A model generated the notes under the pieces. That model saw only the letters and a list, made by a program, of their open reading frames with translations, was not told where the DNA came from and searched no databases. A DNA stretch of 63,758 nt, the filler included, from Kipferlia bialata (lineage: Eukaryota), in assembly GCA_003568945.1 (NCBI GenBank). It is 5 parts of 5 records of this genome, joined end to end, with 100 filler letters (N's around TTAATTAATTAA, not from the genome) between each part and the next. Parts side by side here need not be neighbours in the genome. Positions count along the whole stretch, not along the records: positions 23,536 to 46,967 come from BDIP01000259.1; 4 more parts are not named here. One strand, written 5' to 3'. This document shows, one piece after another, positions 24,435 to 36,562 of this stretch. Every line of letters starts with the position of its first letter. The stretch's first letter is position 1. A program made the position numbers and the translations under genes.

Positions 24435-27400
24435 ACTCGTACCTTCCCTCCTTAGGGTTGTGGATAGCATCCTCAAGAGACCCTCCTCTCATGTAGAGCA
24501 TCATGAAGCCAACGCTGTCAGGGGAGACCACGAGGAACTGCACAGGCACAATGAACCTGGGGTTATACACGGAGAATAATCGTGTGGAAACACATCGCGT
24601 AGATACCTGCTGAACAGCTCGTGGCTCTGCTCGTACTCCTGAAGCACCCCTCTCAGCTGCTCCCTGCTCATGCTGTTTCTCTTGAAGAGCTTGACGGCAT
24701 AGTGGTCGGACCTCCACTTAACGAGCCACACCTGGGGTCAGCAGGCTTCCTATTACATATGTACAAACACCATACTGAGAGTGTGGTATATTAGTATACT
24801 ATTGTGAAGTACCTGTCCGAATGCGCCCTCTCCAAGGACCCTCTTCAGCTTGAGCTCCCTCATGGAGACGACGTCCTTCCTGCCCTTGAAGTTGGTGAAC
24901 TCACCCGTGAACGAGGAGAGGGCAAGGGCGGAGAGGACCTAGGGTGAGGGAGAGAGAGAGAGAGGACCCGAAGTGTGTGTGTGTATGAGAGAGATAGAGA
25001 GACTGAGTTACCTGCAGAGCGAGTGTGAGGTCAGCCACGCTCGAGTCCAGCCTCGACATGAGCTCCCCGAACTCTCTCTCAAACTTGGTCGACATGATGA
25101 ACTTCTTCATGTTGCTAGTGTCGATGAAGTAGGCCGTGACCTGTCACGTTAGAAGGGACAATTGACACAATACTACACGTTTGACACACCTCCTTATCAC
25201 AGTCCTGTAGGACCTCAGCAATGTGCTTCACTGACTCCAGACCGGGCTGCAGCTTCTCAGCAGCCATACTGGGATGAGCCAGAGAGAGAGAGAGGGAGAG
25301 GGAGAGAGAATCTGTACCTAGATGAGTCTGCCAGGGCGTGTGCCAGCTGCTCCAGAGGGGACTTGAGAGACACCATCCTCCTCAGGATGAGGGCAGCCTG
25401 GGGGGTGAGGGCATGTATGTACTCAGATACACATAGATACAGTAAGTGTACTAGATTCTTGTACTATACCTACTCCTGTGTCTCCTTCATGGTCCTCATC
25501 ATCTGTACTTCTCTCTCTCTCTGTCTCTCTCTCCAAATACCTTTATAGCCATCTATCTATCTATCTATCTATCCATACATACCTGCTCCTGTGTCTCCTT
25601 CATGGTCCTCATCATCTGGGCAGCCTTGGCCAGAATGGCAAAGCACACCCCAAACACCTCAACACCCCCAATGGAGCCTAGGGTGAGGGGGGTACAACAG
25701 TATAGGAGAGAATGTGTATGGAAGGAGTGATCTCCAAGGAACACGGCTGTATCAAACAGAGGAGATGTGAGGTAGGTTATAGGTAAAATAGAAACTACCA
25801 CTACGTACTGAGTGCATCCCCCAGTGTGGTCATGACGCTGCTGGATGAGCCCGAGGATGATAGACCGATGCTGCCTAGACTGGCACCCACACCCTGTACT
25901 GCTGAGGCGGCACCGTTGCTGATACCCTCGAGGGCTGCATTGAGTGGGGATGCGGCTAGCATGGCACCACCTGCCACTAGCACACCGTCTGGGACATTCT
26001 CTCCCACCATGGCAGCGGCCTGGGTATTAGAGAGAGAGAGAGAGAGAGAGAGAACCATGGCTGCGGCCTAGGTGTCAGAGGACAACGTAGAGGAAGTGAA
26101 AGAGAGAGAGAGGAAAAGAGAAATCTCTCAAGAAGTTTGAGAGAGAGAGATAGAGGGGGGGGGGGAGAGAGAGAGAGAGAGAAAGAGCACTTACATTGGC
26201 CACCATGATCTTGCCCTCGCTGAGGGGTGTGCCTGTCATCGAGAGTGGACTGTGGTAGTCATCCATGATAGAGGAGGCCTCTCCGTCACCAGGGGAGGGG
26301 GGGCGGAGACCACCGATACTTCCGGCACCTGGGTAAGCATCAGAGTCTATTTTGCTATCATAAGGCATGGTGTATGGTTATGACGTATGTTACCTGCTGT
26401 TGCCATGATCGGCTCTCCTCTCTTGTCTCCCTTCTTGCCCTTGTTCTTGGCCTTCCTCCTGCTGCAGCACCTGACACACGACACAAAGATACAGAGGAAT
26501 ACGAGACCCACGGCACCTGGGGGGTAAGAGTGGAAGGAAGGAGGAGAGAAAGGACGAGACAAAGCAATATCACCTGGGGTGATAAGAGATAGCCAGATGA
26601 AGAGGAAGAAAGAATTATAGAGAGAGAGAGGCACGTACCTGCGAGGATGTATGTCATGTATGCCTCGATGCCTGTGGCCACAGAAGTAGTAGTCACTGTG
26701 GCAAAGACCACCTCCCCAACAGAGTCGGTAGACCCATCCCATCCCACACTGACTGAGAGGGTGAGGTCACCAGCATCGTCTGGGGTGGTGATGGTGCCAG
26801 TGTACACGCCAGTGATGCCGTTGAGGGTGCATGCAGCGTACTCTGAGGAGGCAATGGTGGAAGAGTAACCCTCGGTGGTCTGGACGTTGATCCACACCTA
26901 GAGTGAGTCCGTCCGTGGCAAAGAGACAGAGATAGAGAGAGGGAGGGAGAGAGTGAGAGAGAGACACTACCAACCTCGGTGTCCGTCTCGTAGTTGATAT
27001 CCCCATTGGCACTCTTCAGAACAATAGAGATCTCGTAGTCTGTCTTGGTGTTGACCTGAGGTAAGAGGGAGAATCTATTTCGTCAAAATACTAACAGAAA
27101 TGAGTCCTGACAGGGACCGACGTATATATGCTGGTATATACAAACACACAAATATGAAATCATACATAAATACCAACACACCTGGGTCACTCCCTCTGGC
27201 AGTGACACGACAGTCTGGGCGGCATCTGGTCTGCCTGGTATTGTTAACAGGGTACATATACATGAGGTAGTGTAAGGATACCACATTGATATGTATTCAT
27301 GAGCATGGGTATACATATTTATATACCTGCGATCACCAGCACCGATGCGTTGATAGTCTGTGACACACTGTCGTCGTCTAGGTATGTGCACACCACGGTA

Positions 27401-28551
27401 CCAGACCCCACATCAGTAGGGGCGGTGAAGGTGACAGCATAGGAGCCTGGGGGGTAAGCATATACAGACAGAGAGAGAGAGACAGAGAGAGAGCGTACCA
27501 TCTGCGGTGTTGAAGGCGGGGCTCGACTGCCCTCCCCCTGTTCCGTACTCGATATACATGCTGTTGAGGTATGTCAGGTAGGGCTCACTGATGGTGGACC
27601 ACACAACCAGAGAGGCAGAGGTGGTCTCTCCCTGGAATGAGGGGCTAGAGAGAGAATAACGAAAAGGAAAGAGATAGAGATAGAGCGAGAGTATACCTGT
27701 CTGAACTCCGATGGCGACACCACCACGTATGAGGGTGCATCCAGGCTGAAGGAGACAAGAGTGTTGGGACCGACAGACGAAGTGGAGGCAATGATGAGAC
27801 CACCTAGAGTGAGAAGGGGTATATCAATGTGGAAGGAGAATGCTTGGATACATCTACATACCGTCCTAGTCCATTATTAGGACGCTTATATGATATAATA
27901 TACACAGACACTTCTGGTATACAACAGTTGTCACTATATGCACATACCGTCCTCGTCCATGGTGACCCCACTCCCAAACCCACTGTCTCCTGTGGACACT
28001 GTGGTCTCAGCCACAAAGATCATGTCCTCGATGCTCTCTGCAACAGAGGAGAAGACAGAGACAACTGGAGGGTGAGATATGTACAGTGTATGTATACATA
28101 CAGATAGGGAGAGAGAGAAATAGTGTCATCAGCCGCGTAGGAGAAGACAGACACAACTGGAGGGTGTGTGTGAGAGAGAGAGACATATGGAGAGAGAGAG
28201 AGAGAGGTTTCATATGCCACCCCCACCTGCTGCAGCTGCGTCTGTGACTGCAAGTACACTGTTCTTGACAAAGAGGCCTGGGGGTAAGGGGGTAGAGACA
28301 CATAGTACATAAAGAGAGAAAGAGAGAGAGAGAGCAAGTATACTGTTGTCTAGACAAAGAGACCTGGGGGTGAGAGGGGGTGTATTCACACACAAATATA
28401 CACATACATACGTAGATAGAGGGAGGAAGGGGGGGGAGAGAGAGATGTGTTGCACTCACTGAGGTTGAATGTGCTGCCCTTGGCCACAGAGGCTATGCCG
28501 GAGGAGGTGTCAGAGCCGGTGGTCACAGACTGGATCACAGACCAGCCTAGG

Positions 28552-28589
<38 letters not shown>

Positions 28590-29343
28590 GTGTTGGGTGG
28601 GTTGGAATACCTGCGTCTCCGCGTCCGTACACGTTGAACACTGAGCTACCACTGGCGGTGTCAGCTACAAAGGCCACGGAGGCGGCATCAGACTGGGAGA
28701 TGGCAGCTGAGCCACCGCCTGAGGGTTACTGTGTATAGAGAGAGAGAATGGAAATATCTACCACCGGGTTAGTGGGTAGAGAGCGAGAGAGAGAGCCTAC
28801 ATACCGATGTCGAGGGTAGCCTCCAGAGACCAAGTGAGGAGGGAGGTACTGCGCCTAGTGTCAGAGAGGGTATGTATACACATATAACGAATAGTAGGAG
28901 TACTAGCATAGATATAGTACCTGAATATGTATGTCTTGTTGCCCTCGCACCCCACGACGGCAGAGTCTGTGGATATGTCCACCACAGTGCCAAAGTGGAG
29001 GTCCACCTCTGATGTGGTGGGGGTGTATGTCTTGTCGAGGGTGCATGCACCGGTGACTGACTCGCACTCATAGAGAGAGACACTGCCCACATTGGACTCG
29101 GCATCAGGGGCACCCACAATGAGACGGCTGGTATAAGGGGGTAGAGGGAGAGAGAGAGAGAGAGTATGTGTGGATGTGCTGCTAAAATATATAGATATGT
29201 ATATACCTTACACCCTCTGAGTCGGTCTCTGTGCAGGACAGGGCCTTTCCGAATGCAGTCATGTATGTGCCGTAGAGTGTGTTCTTGTGCTGCCAGTCGG
29301 TGGAGTCGTCATCGGGCCTGGAGATGACATAGACCTAATGATC

Positions 29344-29374
<31 letters not shown>

Positions 29375-29398
29375 ATAGACCTGGGAAAGGGGGAAACC

Positions 29399-29442
<44 letters not shown>

Positions 29443-31112
29443 CTCACCGAGTCAGTACCAGGGGCACCGATGAAGCCGATAGTCTCCAGCAGACACACAC
29501 TGTATCCTAGGTACTCGTTCTCACTGGCATTGACAGCCTCGGGGAGCTCGAGACTGGGTAAGAGAGAGAGAAGAGAAGACGGAAACAAACAGTCATCTAT
29601 AGGGAGAGACTGCATGCTACATATACATATGTAGTCATGCATACGTACACAACATCCAGGGACCCTGTCTCTGTGTTCATGAGGTAGGCAGCACCGGCAT
29701 TGGTGAAGGCACTCACCTGAGGGTGAGAGGGTGAGAGATAGGGTGTGTAGAAGAGAGAGTGGCAGAGTATTTATATATTCATATATATATTCAGTCCATA
29801 CGCACCGTGGAGGTAGGTGCACCAACTAGCATGTACTCGTCATGCACAGACAGGGCATCTCCATAGCCATCACCCTGGACAACAGAGGTGGGGGCATCGA
29901 CAGACTCGCCTAGGGTAAGGGCATACAGAGAGAGACAGAGAGAGAGAGAGAGAGGTCTACCTGTGAGCACGACTGCCTCCACAACAGCGAGTGAGTGACT
30001 GTATGTGAAGTAGTCTGCGACAGTGACCTCGAGGGTGGTACCACCCGCAGAGGAGGGACCTGCTATGGTGGCAGTGTATGCAGAGGTGACACTGTCGTAG
30101 GTGAATGTGGCAGTGGTACCCTCCACGTTGCCTGTCACAGTGAAGGAGGAGGCGTCACCAACGTTGTCGCCGTTCTCATTGTAGAGCCTACGTGTAAGAG
30201 ACAAGGATAGTGTGTGAGAGAGACACAGACATAGCATTGAACAGTTGGGGTGAGAGAGAAGGGGTGTGTTGAGAGAGAGAGAGTGGAAGGGACTCACTTG
30301 ACGTAGAAGAGTGTGTCCTCTCCGACTGTGCACTTGGATGGGGACACGAGGGTGTGGGTGGAGGAGGGGCTGGGGTGAGAGACAACAAGAGAGTGAGAGA
30401 TACCTAGTACATATCCATACGCCTTGTACACAAGAAATTGCGATATATAATCCACAGTTTCACCCCCCTACCTTGTGTTGTACATATCGATGGCGCCGCT
30501 CAGCAGAAGCCCCCCGTCGACATACACGTACAGTGACTGGGCAGTGGGGTTACTGGCGTCGTATGCACCGAATGTGACTGTGCAGACCCAGCCAAGGGCA
30601 GTATCACTGTACACACAGTCTGTGCCGGAGGTGTCTGTGGACAGGATGGACATGGACACAGAGTGGGCAGTAGGGGTATTCAGTATCTGAAGTGAGAGAG
30701 AGAGAGAGAGAGAGAGAGAGGTGGATATGATGGACATGGACACAGAGTGGGCGGTGGGGGTGTTCAGAATCTGAAGTGTGAGAGAGAGAGAGAGAGACAT
30801 GGACACAGAGTGAGCGGTGGGGGTGTTGAGGATCTGAAGTGTGTGTGTGTGTGAGAGAGAGATAGAGAGAGAGACATGGAGACAGAGTGGGCGGTGGGGG
30901 TGTTCAGTATCTGAAGGTAAGAGAGAGAGAGAGAGAGAGAGAGATAGAGTGTACCTCCAAGCTGTCTACAGTCTTGAGCAGCACCGTGTAGCTGAGTGTC
31001 TTGCCATACACTCCGGTCAAGGGTGTGATGGAAGACATGCCGCTGTCTGGGGTGCCTCCTGACACTGCCACATTGACAGAGGGGAGGGTCATGTCATCGT
31101 ACTGACTGAGGT

Positions 31113-31149
<37 letters not shown>

Positions 31150-31933
31150 GATGTGAACTGCCAACCTGTAGAGAGCCACCACGTTCTTGTCCCCTGAGTA
31201 TATATATATGTGTGTGTGTGTATACATACAGAGAAAACAGAGATCTTGTCATACTGGCTGAGGTGTGTGTTCCCACCTGTACAGTGCAATCACGTTCTTG
31301 TCCCCTGAGTATGTGACAGTGCACATGTAGGAGACAGGGCTGGAGTTGCTGTCATAGGTACAGTCATTGTAGTTCGTCTGGAGGTGAGAGGGGTCCACAA
31401 CCACCATGTTCTCACGTGTTATTCTGGATATAGAGGGTATGGGGACGAACCTCATCGTCCACGGACACCTCGAGCTCCTCCCCCCCTACTGCGTTGCCGT
31501 ACTGGTCTGTGACATACACAGTGAGGGTGGCCTGCTCTCCAGAGACCAGGGCAGAGGTGGAGGAGGAGAGAGAGATGGCAGAGGCAGCACCTGAGGGGTG
31601 AGGAGGAGAGTGACTGAATACTCAAACTATTGGAGAGAGAGAGAGAGAGAGAGGTATACGCACCAGGTGTAACTGTGAATGTGTACTCGAGGTCTGTGGA
31701 CTCATCGAAGTCGGCATCCTCGTATGTGTAGGAGGCCACAAGTTGGTAGTCCTGTGCCTAGGGGGTGAGAACGAGAGATAGAGAGAGAAGGGTAAAAAGA
31801 ATGGAGAGAGGGAGGATGGGAGGAGGAAGAGAGAGAGAAAGAGAGACTTACCACTGTGGGGCATGTCATCTCGTATCCAAAGACACCAGAGGTACCGGTC
31901 TCAGTGTAGGCACCCTCATCCTGTTGTAAGGGG

Positions 31934-31973
<40 letters not shown>

Positions 31974-34900
31974 CTAACCTTGGTGGTCCATGCCATCCTG
32001 AGCTCCATGCTGTCACACCCGTTGTTACTCGCATCGAAGGCAGAGACAGAGAGCTGGGGTGAGGTGGATACGAACACCAAGAGGGAGAGAGAGAGGGAGA
32101 GAGAGAGAGACAGAGGTACTGGCGTCGAAGGCAGAGACAGAGAGCTAGGGTGAGAGAGAAGGAGCCAGTATGAGGAAATAGTATCCACAGCATCACATCC
32201 GTACAGTGATAGAGAGAATATGTGTATATGCAATACCTGCACGTCCTCCCCTGCCACTCCTGTCAGGGGTGACACAGAGTGTATATACAACTAACTATAT
32301 ATATATTTGCAAGTATACATACCTGCACGTCCTCCCCTGCCACCCCTGTCAGGGGTGACACAGAGGAGCTCTCAGCCACAGGGACACCGTTGTAGACAGC
32401 GACCTGAAGATAAGGCAGACATAGTGCGTACGTTCTGAGCCGTACTGGAGTATACTCTACTATATTCTACAATACCTTGAGGGTGAGTGCTGCTCCGTCC
32501 ACCATGAACACCACCTCGTTCTGTCCTTACAACACTACACGATAACAAACAATTATACACTATAGTATATAAAATACTACACGATACCTTGAGGGTGAGT
32601 GCTGTTCCATCTACCATGAACACCACCTCATACTCCCCAGTCATTGTCTCCTGCAGTGCTGTGGAGGCAAAGGCAAAGTGCGTATCAGACCAGGTGCAGT
32701 CAACTAGGGGTTAGACAGAGAGAGAGAGAGAGAGGTAAAGGAATAGTAAAGGTCAAACGAGAGATAATGACAGAGAGAGTATGTGCCTTCAGCCACGTAC
32801 ACTGTGTGTCTGCTGCGCTGCCCTTGTACGTGCCACTGACAGAGATGGATGCACTGTCCGACTCAGTCAGCTGGTTCCCATAGGCATCGCTGAGACCCAC
32901 CCCCAGGTAGAACTCATTGTCCACAGTCACGTACTCTGGGGAGGTGTCAACGTATCCCCCGTAGTTGTCGTTGTAGTATGTCTGGGTGTAGCCAACGTCG
33001 GCAGCACCTAGTGTGAGAAGGTGGGGAGGGAGAGACGTATATCTAGGTATATGTACACATGAGAAGGTGGGGAGGGAGAGAGAGAGGAGTATGTGTGAAT
33101 ACTTCCGTATACAAAACAATACCTGCCCCGACAGAGACTGTCCCAGTGTACACAGTGGTGGTGTGTGAGGTGTAGTCCACGTAGAGCGTGTAGGCGGTCT
33201 GTTCGTCACTGTAGAAGGTCACTGGGGGTAAGATAGAGAGAGAGAGAGATAGAAGGGAGTGACTGTGTGGAATGCATGTGGTGTCTGCATAAAAAATTAA
33301 TCGCACACATATATATGTATATATCTATACGTACTCTGGCAGAGGTATGTTCCACCGACATCATCACTCACAGAGCACTCTGTGTTGGTGTCTGTGCCAT
33401 CAAGGGTCACAGTGGAGTAGAGCTGAGATGAGGGGGGTAGACAGAGAGAGAGAGAGAGAGAGGCTCAGTGGAGTAGAGCTGAGATGAGGGAGAGGAAGGC
33501 AGAGAGTGAGGGGAGGGAGTGAGGGGGTGAGAGAGAGAAGCCACGTACCGCGTACTGTGTACCAGCAGCCGAGGAAGCACTGTCGTACAGAACAACGCTC
33601 TGAGTGATAGCAGTGCCTGGGGTGAGACAACACATATATAGAGGCACGTATCCATATTATGTCCTCCTCACCTGCTATAGCGTTGATGGGGTTGACATCC
33701 ACCGAGGTTGAGTCGGGGTCTGGCTTGCCAACGACTGTGATGGAAGAGGTGAGGTAGGCACCTGTCTCAGTCTCCAGAGTGACAGAGAGGGTGCCTGAGG
33801 ATGAGGGCAGGGGGAGAGAGAGAGTGATAAAGAGGGCACTTGAGTGTGAGGGCCGGCAGGGAGAGAGAGAGAGAGAGAGAGACCCACCTCCGTCGGTACA
33901 GTCAGAGTATGGCAGGGTGGCCACGTATGAGGATGCGTCAGTACTGTACCAAAGGTCAGATGCGGCAGAGACAGTGTCATCCGTCATGAAGATCTTGACA
34001 GTGCGCCTAAGGGGTCAGAGAGCCAAATCAAGAGAGAGAATAGGATAGAGAGAGAGAGAGAGAGAGAGGACGCACCCGTCATTGCCGATGATGCCGTCGT
34101 CCCCTGATAGGGTCACGTACACATCGAGTGTGCTAGGCACCCCACATGCATAGGGACCAACCGAGTTGGCAGAGATGGAGAAGGAGGTGGTGGGGGTGAG
34201 CACGCTGATGCCAGTGGGTGTGATCTCATACCCGCCATATGTGGCATAGACAGTGCAGGTGGAGGTGGCTGTCTCTGTCTCTGTGTATGTGACGGTGCAT
34301 GAGTAGTAGCCGGGTGCAGGGGTGGAGACGTAGGTGCAGGTCACCCAGGTGGTCTGGGGTGAGAGGCAGAGAGAGAGAGAGAGAGAGAGTAATGGACTGT
34401 ACCTCGTTGTCGACTGAGACCTTCAGCTCCTCCCCAGTCATCTCAGCCCCATACACGTCCTGGACCTGTATGACTAGGTCTGTCTCCTCTCCCACATAGA
34501 GAGTGGAGGGGGAGGTGACAGAGGCGGCGAGGCCCACGACAGTGATGGTGCTGGTGAGAGTGGCACCAGTCTCAGTCTGCATGGAGACAGAGAGGTCGCC
34601 TGGGGTGAGGAGAGTGACTGTATAGAGAGAAACAACCATACGAGAGAGAGTGTGTGTGCGTGCGTATATATTGCGTCCCCCTACCTCCAGTGACACAGCT
34701 GTTGTAGGCAAGAGCTGCCACCCAGGATGATACATCTGTGTTGTATGAGGCAGCGACAGTGTCGGAGGAACCGTCTGTCATGTAGACATAGACGCTGCGG
34801 CTGGGGGTTAGTACAGTATGAGGGTGCTGGAGAGAGAGAGACATGAGAAGGTGTGTGACGGGGTAGGGATGGGTTTTCGCACCCGTCGTTTCCGATCTGG

Positions 34901-35316
34901 CCGTTAGTGCCTGTGAGACTGAGGTAGACAGTAACACGGGATGCATCAACAGAGCACCCATACGCGGCATCAGGGTTGGCGTCTACTGTGAAGGAGGAGG
35001 TGGGGTCCACGGCACTCAGGGAGGTACCCTCGATGGAGGCACTGCTGTACCTGGAAGGGTCAGTATCAGTATACAAATATATAGTATACATATCTATATA
35101 GTATCTGTCTCAATATATACTGTCTTACCGTGCAGAGACAGTACATGTTGTGTCTGCCCCAGTGTATGTGACAGTGCAGGTGTAGGGATCCCCAGAGGAC
35201 ACAATGGTGCAGGTGACCCAGGTGGTCTGGGGTGAGTCGGTAACAGTGGCAAGAGAGAGAGAGTGGAGGGGGGGGGGGGGCGTACCTCTCCGTCGACTGA
35301 GACCTCCAGTGTCTCT
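23536..35316 (-). CDS. Giant receptor-like kinase: Ig/filamin-like repeats + FG-GAP propeller, TM, MLKL-N-like helical domain, TKL-type kinase (>40 exons; both ends missing)
   Basis: Kinase exons VLGEGAFGQ/VWLVKW..YAVK, EHR/DLKPANIML, ISDFGLSK, FAGTPIYSAPE, KADVWSYGAILWELITG (23540-24940). TM YILAG/AVGLVFLCIFV followed by RRKAKNK (~26400-26670). FG-GAP-like repeats GYGDALSV..MLVGAP, YLGYSVCL..GFIGAP, AFGKALS..LIVGAP, HFGTVVDI. Thr/Ser/Tyr-rich beta repeats. Confidence 0.85.
30640..30916 (-). repeat. Four stacked copies of acceptor + exon start (cttcag|ILNTPTAHSVSM)
   Basis: Four ~45-nt copies separated by (CT)n/(CA)n; representative of about 30 such families in the window. Confidence 0.9.
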
Positions 35317-35342
35317 CGTCTCTCTTTGACCCTCACCCCCAG

Positions 35343-36520
35343 ATACGCTGTGTTCCTGGAGAAGCTAGGAGATGTACCCGCTGCCCGTATTGTGTATGAG
35401 CGCTGGATGTCCTACCGTCCCCCCCAGCGTGGATACATGATGTATGTGTCCATGGAGATGCGTTACATCGCTCTCTCTAGGGAGACAGGTACACATGCAC
35501 CTACCCCATCTCTCTCTCTATCCATGGTGTATCTGACCCTAGGTGTGCAGCGTGTGAGGCGTGTGTACAGGCTGGCTTGCGAGACCCACCCCGGGTCCAA
35601 GATGTTCCTGAGATGGGCTGCCTTTGAGGAGAAGTTCATGAACACATCTGTGGCCAGGGGTGTGTACGAGGCAGCCCTCTCCATGCTCGGTACGCGTGGT
35701 GTATATATAGAGTGTGTTATTGTATGGATATTGACAGTGTATGTAAACCGACCCCCCCCCCCCCTTGACCCCAGGTGCCGATGTGGGCATATGGAGTATA
35801 TGCATATAGTGTGTGTTCATAAATATAGATTCTGACAGTGTATCTCTCTCTCTCTCTCCCTAACTCAATATAACACCAGGTGCCGATGTGGGCATAGGGC
35901 GTGTGTCTGCCGACACCCCCCTGGCAGAGTGTGTGGCCCAGATCGGGGACTGGCAGAAGCAGAAGGCAGCGGCCAAGGCAGTCTATGACTGCGAGGCTGT
36001 CATCCTGGCATGGGCCGCATTTGAGGTGGGTACTGTCTGTCATACATGTGTGTATTAGTGTTCGTGTGTCCTGTGCATGCCCTCACCCTTAGGAGAGGCA
36101 GGACGAGGTTGCCAGGGCCCGTGCCCTGCTGCAGAAGGGGTGCAAGGAGCTGCCCAAGCTGGAGGCATCCCTCCCAGACGCCGACAAGGTACAGGGATAC
36201 GTATCCAGTTCCATCGCTCACTTATCCCCCCTCTCACTGTCCAGGCTGACTCCTTTGACGTTGACTCTGCCTCTCTGTTCGGCAGCGCTAGGCTGCAGTC
36301 TGCCCTGACATCCATCGACAAGAGGTGGGTGCATATATATATATATAAATCTGTCTCCGTGTGCTATATATATATCTATATATGCCCCCTTGTCTGACCC
36401 CTAGGCACGGCAGTGCAGACACCCTGCGCCTCAATGCCACCATCAGAAGGAGGGCACTCTACAGGGAGGCAGTGAAGAGAAACAGCGCAGACATCGGTAT
36501 GTGCATATACTACTAGCATA

Positions 36521-36562
<42 letters not shown>

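Noticed and set aside
27300..34700. ORFs containing SLSLSL/RERERE/YIYIY runs as real proteins
   Set aside because: Read-through of intronic dinucleotide microsatellites.
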